Of a stretch of DNA of 64,000 bases, positions 29,401 to 37,732 are shown in pieces. Source of the stretch: Candidatus Aminicenantes bacterium (GTDB lineage Bacteria; Acidobacteriota; Aminicenantia; UBA2199); NCBI GenBank assembly GCA_018262835.1, contig JADFDP010000001.1, positions 96,081-160,080 of the forward strand, given 5' to 3'. The translations under genes were made by a program, and so were the position numbers. The notes under the pieces are model-generated. The model worked only from the letters and a program-made list of their open reading frames with translations, was not told the DNA's origin and ran no database searches. The first letter of the stretch is position 1. Every line of letters begins with the position of its first letter.

Positions 29401-32400
29401 AACGGTGACCTGACCGTCGGCCACGCAGGTTACGCCAAGGGTGTCGGCAGTGACTTCGAGATCGGGGATATCGACCGCCTTGTTGTCGGCGCAGCGGGTG
29501 TTATCGCTGTCGTCGCATTCACAGATGGTGTTGGAGTAATCGGCTTCGATCCGGATCGAGACCTGGCAGCCGGCGGAATTGGCGACCAGGTTGGTGGTCA
29601 CGATTTGCGGAGTCATGGTGAATGACTGGGTGCCGCCGCCGGCCGGGATGTTGACGGCGCTGAATGTCTGGGTCCATTGGCTCAAGACATTGCCGCTGCA
29701 GCCGGTGTTGTCATACAGGGTGAAGCGCATCGGAACATCGCTGGTGAGGTTGGAGCCGCAGCCGGCGTTGGCGAGGGTGACGCTGCCGGAAACGGTGACC
29801 TGACCGTCGGCCACGCAGGTTACTCCAAGGGTGTCGGTAGTGACTTCGAGATCGGGGATATCGACCGGCTTGTTGTCGGCGCACCAGGTGTTGTTGGTGC
29901 CGTCACATTCGCAGATGCTGTTGGAATAATCGGCCTCGATCCGGATCGAGACCCGGCAGCCGGTGGAGCTGAGGCAGAGGTTTCTGCTGACGGTGTGGGG
30001 GGTAATGGCGAACGCTTGCGTTCCGCCTCCGGAGGTCATGTTGACACCGGAAAGGGTTTGGGTCCACTGTTCGATGATATTGCCACTGCAGCCGGTGTTG
30101 TCATACAGGGTGAAGCGCATCGGAACGTTGGCGTTGAGATTGGTGCCGCAACCGCTGTTGGCCAGAGTAACATTCCCCGAGATCTGCACCTGACCGCCGC
30201 CGCTGCAGGAGATGGCCAGGGTGTCGGATTGGACGGTGATATCGGGGACGGTCATGGTGAAGGGAGCTGACGACTGGCTGTTGTTGGCTCCGTTGCACTC
30301 ACAGATGGCATTGTCGGGATCGATGGAAGCGGTGAATGTGCAGGTGCAGGAGGCGCAGACCGGGGGATAGGCGAAGGTCAGGTTGGTGCTGGCGCCGGAT
30401 GCCAGGTTGATGGTCTGGTCGGTGAAGGGGATGCCGCAATCGGAGGTTACGCGGACGACGACGCCGTTGGCGGCTCCGCAGCCGATGTTGGATACGTTGA
30501 CGGTTGCGGTTCCAGTCAGGTTGCCGTCGCCAATGCAGGTGAAGGCGGGGGTGAGGCTGTTGACCCGCAGGTCGGGAAGCGTCAGAGCATAATCTTCGCT
30601 GCGGGTGTTATTGGCGCCGTTGCATTCGCAGACCGTGTTGGTCGGATCGACCGTGGCGGTGAAGGAGCAGGTGCAGTCGGTGCAATCGGCCCAGGATCCG
30701 CTGACCGGGAAGGTGACGGTGGTCGAGGCGCCGGCGGCGAGGGTACCGGTGACCGTCTGGTTGCCGAAGGCCAGGCAGCCGTCGCTGGCCAGCGAGACTT
30801 GGAAATTCGCGGCCGTTCCGAATCCCTGGTTGCGCACCGTGACAGCGATGGAACCGGAGATGGAATCGGCGGCACAGGAGATATTGCTGAAATCGATATC
30901 GGTCACCACCAGGTCGGGCAAGGTGGTGGCGTAGGTTTCGATCCGCGTGTTGTTGTTGCCATCGTATTCGCAGATGGCGCTGGCCGGGTCAACCGTGGCT
31001 GTAAATTGGCAATTCTCATCCGTGCAGTCGGCCCAGGAGCCGCTGATCGTGAAGGTCAACGTGGTGGAGGCGCCGGCCGCCAGGCTGACCACGGTCTGGT
31101 TGCTGAAAGCCAGGCAGCCGTCGGTCGCCAGGGAGACCTGGAAATTGCCGGCCGTGCCGCAGCCCTGGTTGTTGACTGTGACCGTGACATTGCCGGAGAT
31201 AGCGTCATTGGCGCAGGTCACATTGCTGAAATCGATGTCCGTGATGATCAGGTCCGGGATGGGCGAAGTGTAGGCCGCGGATGCCAGGGAATTATTGGTG
31301 CTGTCGCATTCGCAGATCACATTATCCGGGTCTGCAGTAGCGGTAAAAACGCAGGTACAGCGCGAACTATCGGGCGTAAAGGAGAAGGTCAGGGTGGTGG
31401 AAGCCCCGGCAGCCAGGGAAGGGATGGTCTGGTCGGTGAACGTGTAGCCGCAATCGGAGACCAGCCGCACCGGGATGTTGCTGGCCGTACCGCAACCGTT
31501 GTTGTGGACCGTGACCTGGACAGAGCCGAAGAGACTACCATCCGCCGTGCAGCTGATAGATGGGGTAACGGCCGTGATGCGCAGGTCGGGTACGTCCACC
31601 GTTTTGTTGCTGCAGCGGGCATTATTGCCGCCATTGCATTCGCAGATGGTGCTGGGGGCCGGGTCTACTTCCAGATGAACCGAGACCTGACAGCCGGTGG
31701 AGTTGGTGCAGATATTGGAGATAATGTCGCGGTTGGTGATGGTGAAGACCTGGCTGCCGCCGGCAGCGATATTAACCCCGGGAAAGGTCTCCGTCCACTG
31801 GGCTAATTGCGTACCGGCGCAGTTGATATTGGAAAACAGGGTGAAGCGCACCGGCAGGTTGCCCACCACGGCCGCATTGCAGCCCGTGTTGGCGATGGTG
31901 GCCGTTCCCGAAACGCGTATTTGACCGTCCTGCAGGCAGGCAACGTTGAGCGCGTCGCCAGTGACCTGCAGGTCGGGAATAGACACGGTCTTGTTTGGTG
32001 CGCAGTAATTGTTATTGCTGTCAGTGCATTCGCAGATAGTGGCGTTGTAATCGACGCTTATCTCCAACGATACCAGGCAGCCGGTTGAATTCACGCATAG
32101 GTTACGATTGAAAGTGCGGTTGATGGCAAAGGTCTGAGTGCCGCCGGCTGGGATATTGACGCCGGCCTGGTTGAAGAACAAACTGCCATTGTTGCCGCTG
32201 CACGTATCGTCATCATTGAAGATGCGGATGCGAATGGGGATATTGGCCACCAGGTTGGCTCCGCAGCCGTCGTTGGCGATGACCAGGTTGCCCTGGATGC
32301 GGATCTGGCCGTCGGCGGAACAGGAAATGGCCAGGGTTTCGCTGTCGACGCGCAGGTCGGGGATGGTGAAGGTTTTATCGCTGCACAGGGTGTTGTCCGC

Positions 32401-35400
32401 GCCGTCGCACTCGCAGATGGTGTTGGTGTAGTCGGCCTCGCTGCGGATGGATAACTGGCAACCCGAAGCGCTGCTGCAGGCATTGCCGGTAATGTCGTAA
32501 TTGGTGATGGTGAAGGACTGGCTGCCGCCGGCGGCAATGTTGACGCCAGTGAAGGTCTGGGTCCATTGGGCCACCTGGCTGCCCGTGCAGCCGACGCCGC
32601 TGAACAGGGTGAAGCGCATGGGCACGTCCTGGGCTAGGGTGCCCGAGCAGCCGGCATTGCGCAATGTCACATTGCCTGAAATTCTGTATTGGCCGTCGGC
32701 GACGCAAGTAATGGCCAGCGTATCGCTGGCCACTTCCAGGTCGGAGATGGCCGGGGAGTAGGATTGCGGGCCGAGAGAGTTGTTGCTTTCGTTGCATTCG
32801 CAGACCGTGCTGCCGCTGTCCACGGTGGCGGTAAAGTTGTAGGTGCAGGGGGAGCAATCGGGGTTCCAGGAGGTCACGTCGATGGTGACCGTGGTCGTGG
32901 CGCCTGCCGCCAGGTCGCCGGCATAGGAGCCGCTGCCGGTCCAGCCGTTGCCGTCGCTGACCTGTACGGTGAAGCCGCCATAGGCGATGCCGTCGCCCTG
33001 GTTGCGCACCGTGACTGTGATGTTGCCGCTGAAGCTGCCGTCGGTTGTACAGGAGATAACCGGCGAGATCGCCGTGGCGATCAGGTCGGGCATTTGCAGG
33101 GTGGCGGCCGGTGCGTTGGCCCAGGCGGGGGTGGTGCAGTCATAGCCCTGGGTATTCGGGTTGTTGTCGGTTGCGTCGCCGCTGGTGCCGCAGCCCCAGA
33201 TAGCGCGGATGTTGTTCTGGCGCAGCGCCGCCGCGCAGTTCGCCTGGGGAGCGTCGGGGCTCAATTGGGCGGTGATGGTGAACGAGGCCGTGCCGCCGCT
33301 GGCGGCCAGGTTGTTGATCTCCCAGCCGTAGACCTGTCCGCCCATCCCCGTTATGCCGGCCGAGCCGCCCACGTAGGTGAGCCAGTCGCCCAGGGTGTCC
33401 TCGATGCGCACCACTTCGGCGACGCCCGTGCCGCTATTGGTCACAATGATGTTCCAGGTCTGGTTGGCGCCGCAAGCCACCTGGCTGCTGACCGGTGTCT
33501 TGCTGACGGTCAGGGCGGGATAGAGGGCGGTGATCTGCTGGTTGGCGGGCGTATTGTACTGCGTGTCGCCGCAGCAGTCGTAGTAATATAGGTTAAAGCC
33601 CAGGTTGGCGGTGGTATAGCAGCTCGAGCGCACGGAAAAGACCAGGGTCGCGGTGTCGTTGCCGCCTGCGGCCTGGATCAGGTCGCACAGATTGCTGGCC
33701 GTGCTCGAGGTACTATAAAAGATCAGCTGGTTGCCGCTGACCGTGGGCTCAGGCGCGGGGTCGGTGAGGACACCGCCGCAGGTGACCGCGGCGCTGTTGG
33801 CGATGTAGGTGAGACCGGCCGGCAGGGTGATGACCAGGTCCACATGGCTGGCGTCGGTGGGGCCGGGGTTGTTGATGGTGACGGTCAACTCGGTGGAATC
33901 GTCGCAGGAATTCAGGCTGATGGGATTGACCGCGATGTTCAGGAAACCGACCGACGGCTGGCGGGTCTCGGTGCGCACGGCGGAAACGGCGATGGAACCG
34001 AGACAGAGGTTGTTGTCCGGAGGATCGACGCCGGGCTTGGTGGCGGAACTGCCGTCGGCATCGCCGCAGCCCCACCAGGCGCGCAAGGTGTTGTCCAGGT
34101 CGGGGCTGCAGGGCGAGCTGTCGGTGTGGGCGGTCAGGGTCAGGTTGACGCTGGTGCCAGTGGGGACATTCTCCAATTCCCAGGTCACCCTCTGGCCCAC
34201 ATGGGTGCCGTTGTCCGAGGTATAGGGCGCATCCCCGGTGGAAGAAACATAGGTATAGGCGGCGTCCATGATGTCTTCCACCCAGAGGATGGGCATGGTA
34301 TAGCCGCTGTTGTTGGTGACGGTGATATTCCAGGTAATGTCCTGGTTGCAATCGATCGGTGTATTGGCCCGGGTCTTGGTGACCGTGATCTGTGGAGCCC
34401 GGAAAGCCACGGTAAAAACGCTGTTCGCGGTGTTGAACACCTGGCCGCAGGGGTTTTCATAGCTGGTGGCCACGGTGACGTTGCCTCCGGCAAAAGGGCA
34501 ATCAGCGGCCAGGTCGTACTCGATCTCGATGGTGTCGCCGGGATCGGCGGTGGCCAGCCCCGGGATCTGGGTGCTGGTCCATTGCAGGGGGGAGACGGTG
34601 GGGCTTGGGTCATAGGCGGCATTGGGCCCGTTCCAGCCGCCGCCGTTCAGGCGCCAGCGGGTGCTGCCGGATACATATAACAAACCGGCCGGCAGGGTTT
34701 CCGTGACCTGGAGGTTATAACAGGTGGTTTGCCCTGCGTTTTTAAGCGTAATCATTCCGCTGGGACTGGAACAGGCATCGACCGGAGTGGTGACCACGTT
34801 GGTATTGATCAGCAGCGGCCGGGGGATGGCCACCGTGGAATTGTCGCTGACCGGGACTTGGCAGTCCGAGCCGCCGCAGCCCCAGGAGGAGGTGGCCGCG
34901 TTGGTCAGGTTGTCGCAGTCGACCAGGAGCGCCTGCAGGGTGACTTCGCGGCGCTGGCCGGCGGTCATCTCGCTGATGGCGATGGTGCAGCCGTTGATGG
35001 CCGCTCCCAGGTGGTTCTGGTCGGCGGTGACAGTCACTCCGGTCATGTTGTCGACCGTGGCGCTCGAAAAGTTGAGGCCGGCACCCAGCACATCGTCCAG
35101 CCAGACATTGTAAGCCGAGCCGCTGCCGCGGTTGGTCAAATAGATCTTCCATTCCACCATGTTGGTGGTGGCGTAGTATATTTCCGGGGTTTTCTCGATG
35201 AGCAGGTCGCCGCTCAGTAGAAGGGCCGGAGTATCGCTGGCCGTGGCTGAGCAGGTGTCGTCATAGACGGCGTCATCGTTGCAGTTGTCGTCGAAGTAGG
35301 CGGTAGCCGACAGCTCGCTGCCGTTGTTGCAGCGCTTCTGGACGGTCAGCCGGATCACCGCGTTCTGCCCGGAACCGTTGAAACCGTCGGCGAAATACCA

Positions 35401-37731
35401 GACATAATCGTCGCCGACCAGGGCCGGCGTGCAGGATGTGGGCGCCACGGCGCCGCTGCAGACCGCGGCCGCCGGGTCCACGATATAGTAATTCAGGCCC
35501 GATAGCACCAGGCGTACGTCGCGCGGGTTGGCCGTGCCTGAGGTTTGGGCCAGGGTCAGGGTGATCTCCTGGGTCTGGCACTTGTCCACGATCTGCCCCA
35601 GGCCGGCGATGGCCAGCGACATGGCCGGCGCTTCCACCGCCACCGTCGTGGCTTCGAGTATCTCGCCGTCCTGGAGACACTCCGAACCGCTGATTCCCAT
35701 TTGCAGGCCGGACCAGGAATAAAACGTAGTCCCGGCACAGGCCGACACCGTGGCTTCGGTGATGGTCAACCGGTACATGATGGTCAAGTTCTTGTTATTG
35801 ACCATATCGGCCGCACACCCGCTAAAATCAAGGGAAAGATTGCCGCCGGGGGTGGTATCGGTCAAGAGGACACAGGCCGTGATATCGGCGCCGTTATAGG
35901 TAACGGTCAATGATCCGGGCACATACTGCTGCTGGTTTTCCGCGAATTCCCTGAAAGTCAGCGTATTGAGAAGAATGCCGGCGCTGCCGAAATCATAGGT
36001 GTTGGTATATTCGATGGTCTCGCACCGCTCCTGAGTGACGGGATTGGCGGTTTTATTGGAATCGGCGATCTCTTCGCACTCGATGGCCGTGGTCTGGGAA
36101 TCGGAAGCGTTCAGGGTGCAGCCGCAGCAGTCGATGACCGCGGCGCTGATGGAGTTGGTGAAGGTGGTGAAGCAGAACGCTTCGCATTGCGTGCGGTCAG
36201 GCACCTGAACGGTGATGCTGGTGTTCAGCGAGGCCGGGGGGGCATAGGTCCAGGTGATGGTGCCGCCGGTACCGCCGCCGCCGGGGACCCAGGTCCCGCC
36301 CCCGGCATCCACTACAGTAAAGCCATTCGGTATGGTATCCACTACGGTTACATCGCCGGTGCTGCCGCTGCTGCAGGTGAGCGGCCCTGAATAGGAGGAA
36401 GTAATGCTGTAGGCGATCGGGGAGCCGATCTGCACGATCGCCGGCGCCCCGGATTTGTTTACCGCAAGCGTTGGCGCTGCGGCCGGGCCGGAAAGGGAGC
36501 TCAGGTGAACCGGAGGATAGAAATGGTTATTGCAGTCGTCCTCGTAGTCGGTGATCCAGACCAGGCTGTGGGAGGGGAAAGGGCCGCACCAGGCGTTGAA
36601 CTGCACGGTGAACTCCAGAACGAAAGTTTCGCCGGCGGCCAGGCTGGGGATGATGAAGCAGCCGCCGCTGTAGGTCGCCGGGGCGGTGACCGCGGTGACG
36701 GAGAGCGGGGAGAGATCGACGCACAGCTCCACGTCATGGGCCCGGCCGTCACCGGTGTTGCTGACGGTGAAGCTGGCGGTGGCCGTATCGTTGCAGTAGT
36801 CGAAGGTGATGTCGGCCGGCGTGTATTGGATGAGCGGGGTCTTGACGATGCGCTGCACCGAGGCGGTGGCGGTGGATGGCGGGACGGTGTCGGCCGTGTT
36901 GTAGCAAGCGGTCACCAGGTCGCAGCCCCAGCGCGCGTCGGCGTTGTTGTCCAGCAGCTCGCAGGCCGTGACCGTGGCTGTGATGTCAACGGTGATCTTC
37001 TCGCCGGGATCCATGGATGCGAAGCCGGGAATTTCGCTTGCGCCCCAGGTCGTGGTCTGGCCGCTGTTGCTGCCGGCCGGAGCAGAAGAGACGTAGGCCA
37101 GTCCGGCGCCCAGCACATCGGTCACCACCACGTTTTCAATGGTGCCGAAACCGGTATTTTCTATGGTCAGGGTCCAGGTGACGTCCTGGCCGATCTCCTG
37201 GGGAATCACGTTGGGCGTTTTTTTGATGGTCAGGCCGCCGGGCAGGACCTGGATACTGAGGACTCCTGTTTCGTCGAGCATGGGCGTGCCGCTGATCTCG
37301 TAGTCGATGCGCACGTTCAGGGAACCCGACACCGCCGAGCAGTCGGTGGCCAAGTCGAAGGCAACGTTCAGGGTCGCGCCGTTATTCAGGGTGAACGGTC
37401 CGCTGCACTGTGTGTCGATATTCCAGACCAGGTCGCTGCCGGAGAGGGTCGGGTCTGCCGTGCAGAATGCGGCGCCGCCGTCGGCATCGATGCTGGCGGT
37501 TCCCGCGACATAGGAAAACCCGGTCAGGCTGCCGAGCTTGGCGGTAACGATCAGATCGGTCAGGGGGTTGCCGGAATTGTTCAACACACTGATGGTGTAT
37601 GTCTTGGCTTCGCACTGGTTGATGGTGCTGTCGCCGCTGACGCCGGTGGACTGGGCCGGCAGGGTGGCGGCCAGCAGAATGAAGATCAGGATCCAGGCCG
37701 GTTGCAGGGAATATTTTTTTTGGGCGTTCAT
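23404..37731 (-). CDS. Giant (4,775-aa) secreted Cys-rich repeat protein, adhesin-like: DUF11-type repeats, 17 CARDB-like modules, a helical module of unknown function and an SdrD-B/CnaB-like tail
   Basis: It is a single uninterrupted frame. The start is set at MNAQKKYSLQPAWILIFILLAATLPAQS (signal peptide, ATG 37729-37731, GGGAGA RBS). DUF11 signatures recur (LTIKKTPNV..TWTLTIENTG..VVVTDVLGAGLAYVSS). The CARDB-like modules end in [IV]CE[CYSWL]xxx[ND]N. The C-terminus carries RGFIFRDDDRNGRCDENEP-type SdrD-B-like modules. Confidence 0.9.
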   Translation of the reverse strand: MNAQKKYSLQPAWILIFILLAATLPAQSTGVSGDSTINQCEAKTYTISVLNNSGNPLTDLIVTAKLGSLTGFSYVAGTASIDADGGAAFCTADPTLSGSDLVWNIDTQCSGPFTLNNGATLNVAFDLATDCSAVSGSLNVRIDYEISGTPMLDETGVLSIQVLPGGLTIKKTPNVIPQEIGQDVTWTLTIENTGFGTIENVVVTDVLGAGLAYVSSAPAGSNSGQTTTWGASEIPGFASMDPGEKITVDITATVTACELLDNNADARWGCDLVTACYNTADTVPPSTATASVQRIVKTPLIQYTPADITFDYCNDTATASFTVSNTGDGRAHDVELCVDLSPLSVTAVTAPATYSGGCFIIPSLAAGETFVLEFTVQFNAWCGPFPSHSLVWITDYEDDCNNHFYPPVHLSSLSGPAAAPTLAVNKSGAPAIVQIGSPIAYSITSSYSGPLTCSSGSTGDVTVVDTIPNGFTVVDAGGGTWVPGGGGTGGTITWTYAPPASLNTSITVQVPDRTQCEAFCFTTFTNSISAAVIDCCGCTLNASDSQTTAIECEEIADSNKTANPVTQERCETIEYTNTYDFGSAGILLNTLTFREFAENQQQYVPGSLTVTYNGADITACVLLTDTTPGGNLSLDFSGCAADMVNNKNLTIMYRLTITEATVSACAGTTFYSWSGLQMGISGSECLQDGEILEATTVAVEAPAMSLAIAGLGQIVDKCQTQEITLTLAQTSGTANPRDVRLVLSGLNYYIVDPAAAVCSGAVAPTSCTPALVGDDYVWYFADGFNGSGQNAVIRLTVQKRCNNGSELSATAYFDDNCNDDAVYDDTCSATASDTPALLLSGDLLIEKTPEIYYATTNMVEWKIYLTNRGSGSAYNVWLDDVLGAGLNFSSATVDNMTGVTVTADQNHLGAAINGCTIAISEMTAGQRREVTLQALLVDCDNLTNAATSSWGCGGSDCQVPVSDNSTVAIPRPLLINTNVVTTPVDACSSPSGMITLKNAGQTTCYNLQVTETLPAGLLYVSGSTRWRLNGGGWNGPNAAYDPSPTVSPLQWTSTQIPGLATADPGDTIEIEYDLAADCPFAGGNVTVATSYENPCGQVFNTANSVFTVAFRAPQITVTKTRANTPIDCNQDITWNITVTNNSGYTMPILWVEDIMDAAYTYVSSTGDAPYTSDNGTHVGQRVTWELENVPTGTSVNLTLTAHTDSSPCSPDLDNTLRAWWGCGDADGSSATKPGVDPPDNNLCLGSIAVSAVRTETRQPSVGFLNIAVNPISLNSCDDSTELTVTINNPGPTDASHVDLVITLPAGLTYIANSAAVTCGGVLTDPAPEPTVSGNQLIFYSTSSTASNLCDLIQAAGGNDTATLVFSVRSSCYTTANLGFNLYYYDCCGDTQYNTPANQQITALYPALTVSKTPVSSQVACGANQTWNIIVTNSGTGVAEVVRIEDTLGDWLTYVGGSAGITGMGGQVYGWEINNLAASGGTASFTITAQLSPDAPQANCAAALRQNNIRAIWGCGTSGDATDNNPNTQGYDCTTPAWANAPAATLQMPDLIATAISPVISCTTDGSFSGNITVTVRNQGDGIAYGGFTVQVSDGNGWTGSGSYAGDLAAGATTTVTIDVTSWNPDCSPCTYNFTATVDSGSTVCECNESNNSLGPQSYSPAISDLEVASDTLAITCVADGQYRISGNVTLRNAGCSGTLAQDVPMRFTLFSGVGCTGSQVAQWTQTFTGVNIAAGGSQSFTITNYDITGNACSSASGCQLSIRSEADYTNTICECDGADNTLCSDKTFTIPDLRVDSETLAISCSADGQIRIQGNLVIANDGCGANLVANIPIRIRIFNDDDTCSGNNGSLFFNQAGVNIPAGGTQTFAINRTFNRNLCVNSTGCLVSLEISVDYNATICECTDSNNNYCAPNKTVSIPDLQVTGDALNVACLQDGQIRVSGTATIANTGCNAAVVGNLPVRFTLFSNINCAGTQLAQWTETFPGVNIAAGGSQVFTITNRDIISNICTNSTGCQVSVHLEVDPAPSTICECNGGNNARCSNKTVDVPDLRITAVTPSISCTADGSLFGSVQVTVHNNGCGTASNIPVRLVSDCGYTFTDQTIPSLAAGASTTLTFSFTPDSSRCTCVFTATADPDNVICECDSTNNSLASAAYTSPIPDLIITDIDFSNVTCANDAISGNVTVTVNNQGCGTAGNFQVSLATDGCLAFSNQTVVSLAAGASTTLTFTISGSWADCTDENCQFTATVDPASAICEYDGNNNTRIETYATTLPDLVVTDIDFSNISCAADSISGSIAVTVRNQGFGTAANFQVSLASDGCLAFGNQTVTGTLAAGASTTVTFPVSGSWADCTDCTCSFTATVDPTNTVCECNGANNTRSEDYALTLPDLRVNSLTPAFTCIGDGNLTGTATVNVSNIGCGAANGVVVRVTSDCGIPFTDQTINLASGASTNLTFAYPPVCASCTCTFTASIDPDNAICECNGANNSQSSAPFTMTVPDITVQSDTLAISCSGGGQVQISGNVTLANSGCGTNLNANVPMRFTLYDNTGCSGNIIEQWTQTLSGVNMTSGGGTQAFAITPHTVSRNLCLSSTGCRVSIRIEADYSNSICECDGTNNTWCADNKPVDIPDLEVTTDTLGVTCVADGQVTVSGSVTLANAGCGSNLTSDVPMRFTLYDNTGCSGNVLSQWTQTFSAVNIPAGGGTQSFTMTPQIVTTNLVANSAGCQVSIRIEADYSNTICECDDSDNTRCADNKAVDIPDLEVTADTLGVTCVADGQVTVSGIVALANAGCGSNLTADVPVRFTLYDNSGCAGNVLSQWTETLTGVNIAAGGGTQVFAITSHDITTNICTNSSGCQTSILIEADYANSICESDGADNSRCADKPINTPDLTVNSVANTVICSSDGSLDETTVNVSNTGCGNATGVVVRLTSDCGLTFPDQTVELAAGETRDVFFPFTSGMVTCTCNFTAVIDPNDTICECEGGNNTRTSSQNISIPDLEIQDEALLVTCLDDGVIRVSGSVTLINNGCGPNLTDNIPMRFTLFNSPGCGGSQVNQWTQIFTGVSIAATGGTQTFTIQPQDIAANFCTDTLNCLVSIHIETDHTNSICEWDGTDNTYCTDKTSNCLDLEAVNVTANTNCAADTTINNTITVTMRNSGGNAINSDFSILVDDGRGWTSELFYNADLGGTLPIAPGASSSVTFNWTRSFTVAPYVCSFPAIAVTVDSQNAICECTGANNQASTTYTLPFPDLTITSVASAVVCLGDGSLTGTTVTVANTGCADASNVVVRLSSDCGLTFSEQTISLAAGESRDVVFNFTSGIVGCTCNFTASIDPDNAICELDGGNNAGSNTLLLAIPDITVEAANLNAACSSDGTVTIGGTVRLANLGCGQALTDNIAVRFTLCGESGCRGSVLDQWTQVFSGVNMSATGGTQNFSVRSRDVSKDLCTLVPGCGLSVRIEADYNDAICEWNGSNNDRCVNIEAACLDLAFADISWQCQPSGTIQWTLKVTNSGNSAANNTLIRIYDEAPALIFEKRISIAAGATVSLDFTSATYTPGVAHSFRMVIDETNEICECNGENNTRIVTVNCPFLGEPRLEIKKTCPPAQQPGGIYRFEIEIRNSGSSSMDDVQIEDVLPAPLQYVSGSSALDGKSIADPGGTTTLTWNIGNLAAGTSRLLVYSLIAPADADPGRYCNQAQVRGTAQDGRRSESEKATCCIILRREAAGCCLVIEERPMGFVQYPELALAYIEPYFHTEKAMFASYAALHLWENIDFEKGSLPDFVRERLKNYALSNVEELYFHSGLGLTLPDGSLWLSYAGDYPQKEIGRWKEKNTMRSMTPAQVAFELLAMNKAVAREEKAESKDKLNGLIARKLDFVAAHVADLPERWEFADGRAVRQKEKANLYDRASLYLSLVELGKDGRPEAATLGRQLRTELSSLDNEKFDSGNLREECLFILALKENGEDELAAKKIREFEGLFLAGKGMPADLPAYALAVYADFKAGGTIFPALFAKMKEKYYSSDIGLFAEPQADFKQKIGLETLAPLILAFESQMPGEKDLFATVIYRTIEETGLFLKKTNLQVQRPPLNLIKNYPFTQEMLPLLTFIKSYDDMAPIFSETAMVQSPHTALTSENLLPVTYTKVFAPQYETDTAQIGLLSFSLQQLGKDLDASAERVIREQGRSLDQSGKQYVRLLLDSHAGLEWQGDVFLSRAKLAVKGSRPSGVNLEALDSKNEFSTEVLANKLVAEKIFMNNPGADRQRLEASLEMQEKLVSQFKIIGFVPASFTAFKKNETGELVMLPSREKADKITVAKLQYALPDAFWQQILEKESGMLKAQDLLFISLAPQELRPVFEKELREFLSGRARDFAGIAAQVVARNILGLDMAPTRKKLADIWDHETGLPLSTRVENMNRGQVFQYQPWQILLYLTATKDNDDFQFKRTLDYFTYLLESEWGMNWSEAYGTLPAAEYWLVKEAPREYPEPGDMLNFNVRVENRCPNGLASATDLPSLFIKAEFTPSLVFAGTELPANLSLFKEFSWGYQGLQKDSYLQYTYQALIPSEFKENYLQGSIWVRGYTGYQAFGPESASGEYCEAFAQTDRLRLLPQDLIPGLVYADRNLNGRKDAGETGIAAMRFKDNRGRLFRSNAEGRFFVPAGQENVAVQIDFRSIPEDLVLISPPTQLASRSQRRELTYALVPCHRLRGFIFRDDDRNGRCDENEPRLVGIRLKAGDKECSSGSNGEFIMNNLPDLWRELLKVDKNQTLYSGSLDVVKIQIIVEDQKQ
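27000..33090 (-). repeat. In-frame tandem array of 17 CARDB-like modules inside the giant gene (two module classes, about 105-115 aa and about 128-131 aa)
   Basis: Each module starts with PDL/PDI and ends with ICECDGxNN-type motifs. Writing S for the short class and L for the long class, the order is S L L L S S S S L L L S L S S L S. Confidence 0.9.
29082..30250 (-). repeat. Three consecutive near-identical 390-nt copies (modules 9-11 of the array)
   Basis: Segment 29401-29493 and segment 29791-29883 differ at only 3 of about 93 positions. The same 390-nt offset relates 29671-29790 to 30061-30180. Confidence 0.85.
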
Positions 37732-37732
37732 T

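Noticed and set aside
27000-33090. Regularly spaced DNA repeats, considered as a possible CRISPR or other non-coding array
   Set aside because: The period is 315-390 nt, there is no short repeat/spacer structure, and the whole region is one in-frame coding sequence of protein modules.
37714-37721. A8 homopolymer 9 nt into the giant gene (and A8/A7 tracts at 40201-40222 in the 830-aa gene), considered as slipped-strand phase-variation switches
   Set aside because: They simply encode the Lys-rich n-region of signal peptides (MNAQKKY, MKKKTLKKI). The same MKK pattern occurs in many unrelated genes in this window. An 8-nt tract is short for efficient slippage. This is worth only a glance in population data.
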